Source: a virus (Duplodnaviria > Caudoviricetes). Taken from it: a stretch of 64,000 nucleotides of DNA. Shown piece by piece: positions 18,195 to 27,141 of the stretch. Within the stretch, counting starts at the first letter, position 1; each line of letters opens with the position of its first letter. Under the pieces are notes generated by a model, which made no database searches, had not been told where the DNA came from, and was given only the letters and a program-made list of their open reading frames with translations. The stretch spans positions 192,001 through 256,000 of IMG/VR virus record IMGVR_UViG_3300049182_000044; one strand, written 5' to 3'. Both the position numbers and the translations under genes were made by a program.

Positions 18195-19289
18195 CTAGAA
18201 TCCTCCTGCCATCGGCTTGGCTGAATCAGTACGTGTACGCTTTGTCGCTCGAGCGCCGTCAGTAGTCATACCGATTCGCTTGTCTTTGGCGTTGTGTGTA
18301 CGCACCGCTCCCTGCTTAGCCTGATGTTCGGAGTGTTTGACCAACACGCCTTCCAGCTCGCGCAATTGCGAACTAATGGCATCCGATTTGTTTGTCTTTT
18401 GCATAGTCTCTAATGAGGCTTTGGAGAGTTCGTCGATGAAGCGTTGCATGTAGCGTTTCTTCAAGGAGCGAGGGAGTGACAAGCGTTTGAGGTAGAAGAA
18501 CACAACATCGAGTCGTGCCAGTTCTTTTACTACCTCTAGTACACCGCGGTCAATGTCTACGTCAATCTTCAAACCATCTGCGAGGACGGTTTTGACGTAA
18601 TTAGAAGCTGCGTCGTAAGACAGCAGCGAAGGTGCTGAATTGGTCAACAAGAGCTGACTCAAATCCTTTGTGCGGCGTTCTGTCTTACGCGCCACACTCT
18701 TCAATAGTGATTCGGGAATACTCACCACGTTTTGCAGGGCGAGGCCCTCAGCCTCACGCGGCATCATACTCGCGTAATTGATTTCCAACTGAGGCATAAC
18801 ACCAGGCGTTCGTTTCGGCACCGGCTTAGGAGGCTTGATCGGCTCTACGGTCAGCTTGGCCTTCTTCTTTTTCTTCTTAGGTTTGTCAGCCTTCTTCGGT
18901 ACACCAACCTTTGCAATGTCTTCTTCAGTGGTTTTTATTTTGACCTTGTCCTTCGTACCCTTTTTCTTTTTCTTCTGTGCATCAGGCAAAGGTGCGGGCG
19001 GAGCCGCAGGTGCGGCCCCAATGATTACTGGCTCGACGGTCTTGGCTTTCGTCTTAGGCTTCTCAGCTTGTTCTGCCAATTTCTTCTTCGACGGTTTGTA
19101 GATGTCTGATAGCACTTGCTCAGGCTCGCGCTTCTTTTTCTTTTTCTTCTTTTTGGGAGTATCAACGATCCCGAAGATGCCCTCGGGAATTTCAGTATTG
19201 ACTCCGAACTTTTCAGGCTTCTTATGTTTGCTAATCACCTTAGTTCCCACTTTCTTCGTCTTCAATGAAATGACGTACTCGACGGCCAT
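18195..19289 (-). CDS. Lys/Pro-rich protein, candidate terminase small subunit
   Basis: Directly upstream of terL; function inferred from position only. Confidence 0.4.
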   Translation of the reverse strand: MAVEYVISLKTKKVGTKVISKHKKPEKFGVNTEIPEGIFGIVDTPKKKKKKKKREPEQVLSDIYKPSKKKLAEQAEKPKTKAKTVEPVIIGAAPAAPPAPLPDAQKKKKKGTKDKVKIKTTEEDIAKVGVPKKADKPKKKKKKAKLTVEPIKPPKPVPKRTPGVMPQLEINYASMMPREAEGLALQNVVSIPESLLKSVARKTERRTKDLSQLLLTNSAPSLLSYDAASNYVKTVLADGLKIDVDIDRGVLEVVKELARLDVVFFYLKRLSLPRSLKKRYMQRFIDELSKASLETMQKTNKSDAISSQLRELEGVLVKHSEHQAKQGAVRTHNAKDKRIGMTTDGARATKRTRTDSAKPMAGGF

Positions 19290-19731
19290 CCCTCTTTGAG
19301 AAGCCGCTGCGCCAGGCCATACGGACGACTAAATTCTTTTTAGTCTTGCCTGCCATCTTCCGATTCTTCGAGCTGATTACGCTTTTCAGGTATCCGGTTT
19401 TCGGGCAGAGGATAAGTACACCGACGCCTGACCCTTTCAGATCTACTTTCAAGCGGTCCTTCAGCTTTTCGTAGACAGGCTCGGAAAATACGAAATACAT
19501 CTTGTTGGAGTATTCGAGATAGTGCCGCCATTTGGTATCGGTAGCGTAATCCTGAACACTCGATTTGATCTCGAACAAAAGTATGTGACAGCGCAGATTC
19601 AGGCAGATCACGTCTCCACGCAGCTTACCCCAGGAATTGAGGCCCAGCTCAGTGAAGCAGGAATAGCCCTTCTTCAATGCATAGGAACATGCCGCGGCCT
19701 TTAGAACATCCGCAACCTGACGCCGTTTCAT
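19240..19731 (-). CDS. MmcB-family PD-(D/E)xK nuclease
   Basis: RGDVICL...FEIKSSVQDY..DTKW..YLEYSNKMYF; start moved to MKRRQ. Confidence 0.8.
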   Translation of the reverse strand: MKRRQVADVLKAAACSYALKKGYSCFTELGLNSWGKLRGDVICLNLRCHILLFEIKSSVQDYATDTKWRHYLEYSNKMYFVFSEPVYEKLKDRLKVDLKGSGVGVLILCPKTGYLKSVISSKNRKMAGKTKKNLVVRMAWRSGFSKRDGRRVRHFIEDEESGN

Positions 19732-19810
19732 CTTATTCTCTCGTTCTGACAATGATGCTACTAAATTGTCATTTTCAACGAGAAAATGAAAAGTGAGCCC
19801 CAAAGGGCAA

Positions 19811-19840
19811 AAGGCCAATACCCGTGAAGATATTGGCCTT
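19811..19840 (-). terminator. Intrinsic terminator-like hairpin
   Basis: AAGGCCAATA / TATTGGCCTT perfect 10-bp stem, followed by a second small hairpin and T-runs. Confidence 0.6.
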
Positions 19841-19854
19841 GTCTATTTACAGTA

Positions 19855-20211
19855 TCAGCGTGCGTGTGGATCAAATGATTTGTGGGTTTCGACGTATGTA
19901 CGAACCTTGACCGGCATCATACCCAGGCGTACTGCCAGAGCCGTCACTACAGCATCGTAGAAGGTCGCCATCTGCGGGTAACGATTTTCTGGATTGTACC
20001 AACAGCTCTTGTCGCTGTCAAAATCAACGCCCACCCAGTTGTACCCAAACTGCACAACCGACAACTTGTGCGTGAAGCTCGTGTCCCGAGCGTTGTAGGC
20101 AATCAGCAACTGCATAGCCTCTTCATGCTGACGATTCTCTATCGGACCCGGCGTACGGCCTAGGTCACTGTAGATACGCAGAATGTCAGTTGTGGTTAGT
20201 GTTGTCATCAT
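19855..20211 (-). CDS. Hypothetical protein
   Basis: ATGA overlap at 20211. Confidence 0.6.
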   Translation of the reverse strand: MMTTLTTTDILRIYSDLGRTPGPIENRQHEEAMQLLIAYNARDTSFTHKLSVVQFGYNWVGVDFDSDKSCWYNPENRYPQMATFYDAVVTALAVRLGMMPVKVRTYVETHKSFDPHAR

Positions 20212-20408
20212 GTGCTTTCCTTTAAACCAACCCAAAAGAAACGCATCATCTTGCCTTGATTCGCAGGTCCCACCTCAACTTTTTTATCATGCTTGTGCCG
20301 CACAACTATCGACTGCGGATACGTCTTCATCGTAGCCGGGTCTTGTACGGAACCCTCACTAATGAGCTGTATCTCAACTTGCTCACCCGCCTTTAAGAAG
20401 ATAATCAT
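20208..20408 (-). CDS. Hypothetical protein
   Basis: 66 aa, overlaps at both ends. Confidence 0.55.
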   Translation of the reverse strand: MIIFLKAGEQVEIQLISEGSVQDPATMKTYPQSIVVRHKHDKKVEVGPANQGKMMRFFWVGLKEST

Positions 20409-20605
20409 ATCTTGCCTTGTAAAAAGTCACCCATCAAACGGCGAAATACCTTGACTGGATCTCGCATCGTGTGCTGCATACAGACGTCATGCGGCTCATC
20501 CTTGAACATATAGCAGTGAAGCTTCTGCTCTTCAGGCTTGGAAGCTTCAATTGCGCGCTGTGTTTTGTGATGATCGCACTCGGGACAGTTATTTGGATTT
20601 GGCAC
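20405..20605 (-). CDS. Small Cys/His protein
   Basis: CPEC...HC...C. Confidence 0.5.
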   Translation of the reverse strand: MPNPNNCPECDHHKTQRAIEASKPEEQKLHCYMFKDEPHDVCMQHTMRDPVKVFRRLMGDFLQGKI

Positions 20606-21020
20606 GCTTTACCTTGTCTTTCTCAAGCGCAGCTTGCAGCTTGGTGACTTGCTTCTCAAGAGCTGCGATGCGCTTGTTCGCCTTCACTAATTCCGAGTCA
20701 GCCTTTTTAGCGAAGAGTAGGGTATTCATACCCGTTGCTGTTGCAAGGCCATGGGCACCAGCACTCATTTCAACAAGCTTGCCCATGAAGTCGCAAATGT
20801 GCTTACTGGTCTCTGAGCTACGAAGGAGCGATTCATAGTAAGCGCGTTCAGCGTCCGGGATATCTTTTTTGCTCAAATGCTTTTTGCAAGTGCCCATGTC
20901 CTCAGAGGTACGAAGGCGCAAAACCTGAAGGTGCTTCAGCAGCAGCATACGAAGCTGTTGACCTTCCTGCCTCGGGTCTGCCATAACACCTTTCTTGCTT
21001 GCGGGTTTCGGGGTAGCCAT
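20589..21020 (-). CDS. Hypothetical coiled-coil protein
   Basis: 143 aa, SD AAAGGA. Confidence 0.65.
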   Translation of the reverse strand: MATPKPASKKGVMADPRQEGQQLRMLLLKHLQVLRLRTSEDMGTCKKHLSKKDIPDAERAYYESLLRSSETSKHICDFMGKLVEMSAGAHGLATATGMNTLLFAKKADSELVKANKRIAALEKQVTKLQAALEKDKVKRAKSK

Positions 21021-21031
21021 GATAGATCCTT

Positions 21032-21358
21032 TCAGTTATTGATTGAATGTTCTGGTTGACCATAGGTTTCCCCAATGGCTATCAGCTCTACAACCTCTTG
21101 GTCGAGTTCCAAAACGTACTGGTCGTCCATGTGAAATTTGTCCTCGCCTGGATGTCCTGCCCGTACTTTGTCCTTACCTATGCGATACACGATCAGCAAA
21201 ACGTGGTCGATGTAGGTTTCCGGATCGAGTTCTTCAACGAACTTGGCTATCACCAGTGTTCCGGGAACAACGTCTTTCGCTTTAAGCTTCTTCCCGTGCT
21301 CGTACATCTTGTCGAGGGCTCCAAACAGGATTTCACGCTCTTTCAGGTTTGCAATCAT
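21032..21358 (-). CDS. Hypothetical protein
   Basis: 108 aa, ATGA overlap. Confidence 0.65.
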   Translation of the reverse strand: MIANLKEREILFGALDKMYEHGKKLKAKDVVPGTLVIAKFVEELDPETYIDHVLLIVYRIGKDKVRAGHPGEDKFHMDDQYVLELDQEVVELIAIGETYGQPEHSINN

Positions 21359-22266
21359 TTACGTCCCCACTTTGCTTTCATGTAAGTCGCAACGCCTCGC
21401 TCCGCAGCTACCAACCATTTCGGGTTGATGGACTTGAGCCTGTACGGTTCTAGCTGCAACGCATGGCCTTCGTAAACCTTTTCCTCAATTGGAAAGCTGT
21501 CGATGATGATCTTCACACAGCTAGCTAGTGCTTGGTCGCCGTACTTTACTTCTTCAACAAGATCAGTCGGTATCGATGCTGACGGCCTAGGCTTGCCTGA
21601 TACCGCCTCCATCATTTCGTCACTGAGGTACGAAAGTTTATAGCGTTGATACCAGTCATGCGGCATTTGGGCTGAACGACGAGTGCCTCCATACGCTAGG
21701 GAGTGCAGTGTAGACAAACCTGTCATACGGCCACCGCTGCTGATCGGTGCCTCGCCGGCTCTAATCATGTCGAACGCACTTGACCAAGTATTGGCCTTAT
21801 ACCACTCAGCAGGTAGAGCCTTGAGCGTCTTACCGCAGAACTGCGCACATGCCTTGCGAATCGAAAGCGTGTAGTTACGGAGATTGAAGATACGACTGAG
21901 TGGGCGATCACGTTCCTCGATATTAGAGTTGAAGCCAGACACGCGGCCAGTAACAGTACCATGTATGTTCAAGTCCTTGCTCGAAGTGCGCCCCGTCTCA
22001 ACACTAGAGAAACCGAACAGACTCCGGGGCCACTCACGCATCAGTTCAGGACTTTCAAGGTTGACCATGTTCTTCGGCAACACATAGTCTGCAAACGCCA
22101 TGAGACTCTCGTAGCTCGGCTCGAAGTCAGTGCTCTCGCAATTCATCCAGGAAATTACGGAGTCAGGTTTTAGATTCATCTTGATGAACATTGCCTGCGT
22201 CAAGAAGGACATGGTCTTCGGGTGACCGCTCGGCATGGGCTTGCCGTCTATATAAAGCCAGGACAT
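21355..22266 (-). CDS. Hypothetical protein
   Basis: Start 22266 via TAATG overlap, SD GGAGG. Confidence 0.65.
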   Translation of the reverse strand: MSWLYIDGKPMPSGHPKTMSFLTQAMFIKMNLKPDSVISWMNCESTDFEPSYESLMAFADYVLPKNMVNLESPELMREWPRSLFGFSSVETGRTSSKDLNIHGTVTGRVSGFNSNIEERDRPLSRIFNLRNYTLSIRKACAQFCGKTLKALPAEWYKANTWSSAFDMIRAGEAPISSGGRMTGLSTLHSLAYGGTRRSAQMPHDWYQRYKLSYLSDEMMEAVSGKPRPSASIPTDLVEEVKYGDQALASCVKIIIDSFPIEEKVYEGHALQLEPYRLKSINPKWLVAAERGVATYMKAKWGRK

Positions 22267-22697
22267 TACATGCCTCCTTTCGGTTGCGGTCCACGAATGC
22301 ACTTTGTAGCCATGTTAGGCCAGATGACTGTCGCTTGCTCGCACATGAGTGCTTTCAGCTTTTCATCGTCCTTGAAAGGAGTGCCAGTCAAGAACATGGC
22401 TACGTGTTCGAGGATGATCGCGTCAGTGCAGGTATCGCCTACGCCATTGATAGCGATTTCGATTTGAACGACAGGGAACAACTGGAGGAACTGCTGGAGA
22501 AAAATTGTGTGTACGTCGAGGCCGATTGTCTCTTGAAGCATCTGACGCAATGCGTAGATGTCGTTGGTGTGTGCTTTAGCCTGACGATTTTCGAGATAAA
22601 ATTTGGCGCGGACTTGCTGGCGTATCATGAGGTCTGAGAGACCTTCCTCGGTGCGTCCGTCGCGGAACAGTTCTTCAACTGTGCAGATGGGAGTCAT
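22266..22697 (-). CDS. Hypothetical protein
   Basis: 143 aa, SD AAGGAAGG. Confidence 0.65.
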   Translation of the reverse strand: MTPICTVEELFRDGRTEEGLSDLMIRQQVRAKFYLENRQAKAHTNDIYALRQMLQETIGLDVHTIFLQQFLQLFPVVQIEIAINGVGDTCTDAIILEHVAMFLTGTPFKDDEKLKALMCEQATVIWPNMATKCIRGPQPKGGM

Positions 22698-22761
22698 TCT
22701 AGTTCCTTCCTTTGATTAGCCGTAGCTAATAGTTTGCATTTCACTGAAATGATTTGTGGAA

Positions 22762-22782
22762 TGGGGAGCGCGAGGCTCCCCA
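22762..22782 (-). terminator. GC-rich hairpin after helicase
   Basis: TGGGGAGC / GCTCCCCA stem directly after the dnaB stop. Confidence 0.5.
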
Positions 22783-22788
22783 CCCAAG

Positions 22789-24213
22789 TTAGCTTACATC
22801 ATACTCGACGGTCTCTTCCTTCAACGGGTCAACGTCATCGTCGCCTATCTTGGTCGTACCGCCTGAGCTACCTCCGCCTACTGAGGTATCATGTAGATCG
22901 GCAACCTCGGGGGTTGGATCGTCCATGTTCAACACTGTCATGATCTCGAAATGCTCCTTGAGATCGAAGCCGAACAACTCTTGGTCACGTGCCTTCAACT
23001 GCTTGATCGGTAGTACCTTCAAGTCGCGCTGCTCTTGCTTCGAGTAGTTCCAGATCCACGCATTGTCAGCGTGCTCCAGGATACCCTTTGAATAACGAAT
23101 GCGATCGTCTTCGCTGTCCAACTGCGCCAACAGAATCACCAGGCACTTATTTTCAGCTGAAAACACCTTGCACTCGCGTGTCACCGCCGACAACACCTTC
23201 CACTGATCTGCACCATCAACACCTTCGAGCAGGCCAATGTAGTCGATTGCCAGCACTTTGAACTTGTACGGCTTCATCAACAGCAGAAGCTGCTGAATAC
23301 TGAGGCCGCGTGTCGGACACATGAGCGAGTACCGACAATCGTTCTTGACACCGAACTTGTGAAACTTCTTCCACGCCTCGTGCGCCTTTTCCTTCTCCGC
23401 CGGCTTGAGACGCTTCTTGTTGAACTTCCAAAACGCTATGCCTGTCAGATTAGACAGCAAGCGGCGAGTCTCCTTCTTCGCATTCATTTCAAGAGAGACT
23501 GTAGCCACTGACACCTTGTTCAGCTTATACAGGTTCTTCATGAGGTTCATACGAGTAACTGACTTACCGCCAGATGTAGTCGCCGCGAGAAGCATAACGC
23601 CTTCGTTAGGCAAACCACCGTTGCGTTCATCGAACTCTTTGAAACCCGACTTCAACAGCAGATCGTCTTCCGGGCTCAAGGCCTGGTCGATCAAGTCAAC
23701 GGCGTTTCCATCCGCACCGACTGACAAGATTAGGTCTGCCATCGACTCGCGTGACCTGGTCTGTGTCAACCTATCAGTCGTGTCGTCCAACAAGGTGTCA
23801 ATGTCTACTTCCGGCTCTTTGAGCGTGTCGATGACATTTTTTGCCATGTAGTACAGGGCACGAGTCTTGCGATAGTTGTCCAGCGATTCGAGCAACTGAG
23901 CTGCTTGGTCCTGCGTCTTGAGCGGCTTCTTCTTGTACTCCCTGAGGATGTCACGAAATTCCTCGTTGAGTGCTGGGTCTTCGACTAGGTCGTCATACGA
24001 CAAAATCTTTGACCGTTTGCGCGACACTGTAATGAGTCGCTTGAATGCAGCTTTTGCAGGTTCATAATGAAAGAACGATTCATCAACAGACGCCATCAGG
24101 TATGAGCTGATCTGCGTCTTACCGTTCACTTCCAGCTTCGTCTTCTCACCGCCGTTTGCCACAGCCATGGACTTAATGGCTTTGAGCTCTAAGCTCTGGC
24201 TATACAGCTTCAT
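22789..24213 (-). CDS. dnaB: Replicative DnaB-like (SF4) helicase
   Basis: Walker A AATTSGGKS, SLEM, IDYIGLL, LAQL, HAD, QLKAR. Confidence 0.9.
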   Translation of the reverse strand: MKLYSQSLELKAIKSMAVANGGEKTKLEVNGKTQISSYLMASVDESFFHYEPAKAAFKRLITVSRKRSKILSYDDLVEDPALNEEFRDILREYKKKPLKTQDQAAQLLESLDNYRKTRALYYMAKNVIDTLKEPEVDIDTLLDDTTDRLTQTRSRESMADLILSVGADGNAVDLIDQALSPEDDLLLKSGFKEFDERNGGLPNEGVMLLAATTSGGKSVTRMNLMKNLYKLNKVSVATVSLEMNAKKETRRLLSNLTGIAFWKFNKKRLKPAEKEKAHEAWKKFHKFGVKNDCRYSLMCPTRGLSIQQLLLLMKPYKFKVLAIDYIGLLEGVDGADQWKVLSAVTRECKVFSAENKCLVILLAQLDSEDDRIRYSKGILEHADNAWIWNYSKQEQRDLKVLPIKQLKARDQELFGFDLKEHFEIMTVLNMDDPTPEVADLHDTSVGGGSSGGTTKIGDDDVDPLKEETVEYDVS

Positions 24214-24221
24214 GATTCACC

Positions 24222-24677
24222 TCACGCGAGTTTCGATTGAGGTGCACTCGTCGAGGGTTGTTTCGGGGTGAACACCGGCGGCTGGAAGTGAGCGAACTCA
24301 GGATACTCCTGCATAGCCCTTTCGAGCCACTTGGTGAACTCCGGTGAGTCTTCAGTCTTCGCACGTAGGTGTACTGTGCCTGCATTGCGTTTGGCCTGCT
24401 GCGCTCGGTTGCCGTTGACTGGCGTCTTACCAGACAATGCCCAACGGCTTACGCTGTTGAACAAAGTCTTGGATGTGAGCGAGGCGACTGCACCATCGAC
24501 TACCTGCCCATCGAGCATGTACTCGGTCTGCAGGAGCCATTTCAGCTGATTCAGCGTTATGCTGTTGTTACGCTCGATCGTCTTGTAGACAATGAACATA
24601 ACGGTTACGTCAAACGCCCTTTCTGTAGGATGGAGAAGATTGAAGCTAAACTTCTCTTTCGCTTGCAAGGTGTCCAT
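24222..24677 (-). CDS. Hypothetical protein
   Basis: 151 aa in-line ORF. Confidence 0.65.
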   Translation of the reverse strand: MDTLQAKEKFSFNLLHPTERAFDVTVMFIVYKTIERNNSITLNQLKWLLQTEYMLDGQVVDGAVASLTSKTLFNSVSRWALSGKTPVNGNRAQQAKRNAGTVHLRAKTEDSPEFTKWLERAMQEYPEFAHFQPPVFTPKQPSTSAPQSKLA

Positions 24678-24698
24678 GATTCAAATCCATTTCATTTT

Positions 24699-25892
24699 CT
24701 ATTTGTCGATGCTGGACGGCACTCGCTTAATATGCAAACGCGATTTGCCGGCCTTGATCGAGGGCAATGCTAGGTCCCTACGCAGCTTAAGGATGAAGGC
24801 GTTAACCTTGTCCTCGGCTACGTTCAGGAACTGACTAAGCAGTTTATTGAACTCCGTGGTGGTCAGTTTGAGCTGCACATCAACATTGTCCTCGCTCCGT
24901 GTAGCGATCTTCCTAGCCTGCAACCAAGTTGTGAACTCGGAGTCCTCGTGCCCCATTAAGAGTTTCAGGAAGCGATACTTCTTCGAGGTTTGTTGCAACC
25001 GGCTGAGAATCTCCGACACCGAAAATTCGAGCTCGAACTTCTCCAGATTGTTGGACGTGTCACCATGAACTTCATCGTAGGATGCATCCGACCCATCGAC
25101 AGGCAAAGCCATCTGATTTTCGGATACCATCAACAGTGAGAATACTCGATTTTGCTCCTTGTCTGTTCCTACGCTCACCAGCCTGCCCTTCTTCAATGAA
25201 GTCTCAGCCTTGATAATGTTCATTGCATGATTGTGTGCTACACGCTTCAGGTAGTTGATAACGTGAAGTTCCGTCTTCGTGATCGGCACCATCATGTAGT
25301 ACGCCTGCACAACCTTCGACAGCAGTTCGTTTTCCAAATCCCGCAGCTCAACGTTCGAGCTCTTTGCGATGAAGCGAAGTTTCTTGTAGGCCAAGAACTT
25401 GATCTTCTTATACACATCGGGATAGATTTCGTTGAAAAACAAATTGAGGCCTGATTCGGTCAACAAGTACGTCTGACTCTTGTGAACCGCCTTGGCCTCT
25501 GCCTTCATGCGCTTGCGAAACAGTGGATGTTGATTCCAAACCTGCAGCATGCGCTTTGCATCTATTACTTTGATTTTGAGTTCTGCACACAACTCCTTAA
25601 CCATTTCGAGCGTGACCGACCTGTAGCGTGCGATGCGAAACAGGAACAGCTTAAGGCTCAACGAGAGGTACCTTGACTCGTGCAGCTTGAGCCGGAACTG
25701 CTTGGCACTCATACCAGTGCCTTTACAGAAAACCTTGATCTCGTCTTGATACCGGAATGCTTTCATACCCTTCGTTAGGTACGAAATGCTTACTGCGTAG
25801 ATAGTGTGAAAGTCATTACTATCGAGCTCTACCCCGAAACAGCGGCAGATAGTATGGGCTAGTGAGCTAGCCTCTGAAGGTGTGGCGTTCAA
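24699..25892 (-). CDS. Divergent RNA polymerase sigma-like factor
   Basis: DLENELL...YLKRVAHNHAMNIIK resembles sigma region 2; TTG start with SD AAGGAG. Confidence 0.5.
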   Translation of the reverse strand: MNATPSEASSLAHTICRCFGVELDSNDFHTIYAVSISYLTKGMKAFRYQDEIKVFCKGTGMSAKQFRLKLHESRYLSLSLKLFLFRIARYRSVTLEMVKELCAELKIKVIDAKRMLQVWNQHPLFRKRMKAEAKAVHKSQTYLLTESGLNLFFNEIYPDVYKKIKFLAYKKLRFIAKSSNVELRDLENELLSKVVQAYYMMVPITKTELHVINYLKRVAHNHAMNIIKAETSLKKGRLVSVGTDKEQNRVFSLLMVSENQMALPVDGSDASYDEVHGDTSNNLEKFELEFSVSEILSRLQQTSKKYRFLKLLMGHEDSEFTTWLQARKIATRSEDNVDVQLKLTTTEFNKLLSQFLNVAEDKVNAFILKLRRDLALPSIKAGKSRLHIKRVPSSIDK

Positions 25893-25958
25893 GATTGCTC
25901 CTTAGTGCTATACAATATATTATTGGTCTTTATGACGTATTGGTCTAGCTGCTAAGGT

Positions 25959-26690
25959 TTACTCCCAATTGATCCGAACCTCGTCGTTCGTCGCTTCCTT
26001 CTTCTCCTTCTTACCGCGAAGATGTCCACGACCCATACGAGCTACGAGACTGACTAGGTCATCCTTAGCTGCCTTGTTCTTCAACGCCTTCTTGTCAATA
26101 ATACCTTCCTCGACCGCTTGATCGAGAGGTATAACACCAGCTGCCCTACGCTTCAAACGTGCTTCCTCTTCCTTGATCGCCGGATCGACATAGCGATTGT
26201 TCGCAGCCATTTCGATACGCAGCTTGTTGAATCGCTCGACCGTGTACACGGTCTCGCTGTCCTTGTCGTTGATCGCGCTGATCGCTGTCGCGCCCGACTC
26301 GCCAACCACACGAATCGTATCCTTCGTAACGTCCAGAATGCGACCGACTACGAAATTACTGAAGTAGTTCGAGTTCGACGAACCCCGGAAACGAACATAC
26401 ACCTTCTGGAAGAACTGATAACCTTGCTTGCGCGTGTGCTTCTCACGCAAGAGCAATGCACCCAAGATTTGCAGGTCGTTCGGACTCATCTGCCCCATCA
26501 TCTCGGCAACCTTTGCGAGGCTACCGAGCGCGTCTTCACGAATGAGCGTGAACACATCAGGAACATGACTGCCGCATGCCTTCGATACTGGGAGACGACC
26601 CAGGTCCGAACACCTTGTCTCAAGAATCTTAACCCTGTGAAGTCCCTCGCACGAACCACAATTGAGACTCTTCTTTGGCTTTTCTGACAT
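25959..26690 (-). CDS. Hypothetical protein with N-terminal Cys cluster
   Basis: CGSC...C...C; 243 aa. Confidence 0.65.
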   Translation of the reverse strand: MSEKPKKSLNCGSCEGLHRVKILETRCSDLGRLPVSKACGSHVPDVFTLIREDALGSLAKVAEMMGQMSPNDLQILGALLLREKHTRKQGYQFFQKVYVRFRGSSNSNYFSNFVVGRILDVTKDTIRVVGESGATAISAINDKDSETVYTVERFNKLRIEMAANNRYVDPAIKEEEARLKRRAAGVIPLDQAVEEGIIDKKALKNKAAKDDLVSLVARMGRGHLRGKKEKKEATNDEVRINWE

Positions 26691-27132
26691 TTGTTATTCC
26701 TTTACTGTGCAAAGTATAAGCGATGCAGTAATCGAACGTCTTCTCCATTGAGGAGAGCCCGAGGTCGCACTGAAGCATTTTTATATCCTCGAACGTGGAC
26801 GTCTTTACTGAGGTTGTTATCGGATGGTTCCTTTCAAAACCAGCCGGAAGTGGCGTCATTAACGCCTTGACTAGAATCTCTAGCCAATGTTGGGCGCGTT
26901 GCTCATCCTCGGCGCGTTTCCAAAAGCGCTTCGGTTCACGAACCTTATTGCGACGTATCTGAGACACGAGGAACACCGCGTGGGCGTGCAACGAGTTGTG
27001 ACACGTAGGGCACAATATGATCTGCAGCGAGTTGTCTCCACCTCGAGAGCGAGGCACAGTGTGATGACTGTGCATGATCGCCTCATTCTGCGTACATATC
27101 CTGCAAGGTTCGTTTGATTGGACGGCACCCAT
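26629..27132 (-). CDS. HNH endonuclease
   Basis: CRIC...HSHHTVPRSRGG...N...LCPTCHNSLH. Confidence 0.85.
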   Translation of the reverse strand: MGAVQSNEPCRICTQNEAIMHSHHTVPRSRGGDNSLQIILCPTCHNSLHAHAVFLVSQIRRNKVREPKRFWKRAEDEQRAQHWLEILVKALMTPLPAGFERNHPITTSVKTSTFEDIKMLQCDLGLSSMEKTFDYCIAYTLHSKGITNVRKAKEESQLWFVRGTSQG

Positions 27133-27141
27133 GATTACACC

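Noticed and set aside
26629-27132. HNH as an intron-encoded homing endonuclease
   Set aside because: Free-standing between intact genes, with no split host gene or intron structure seen
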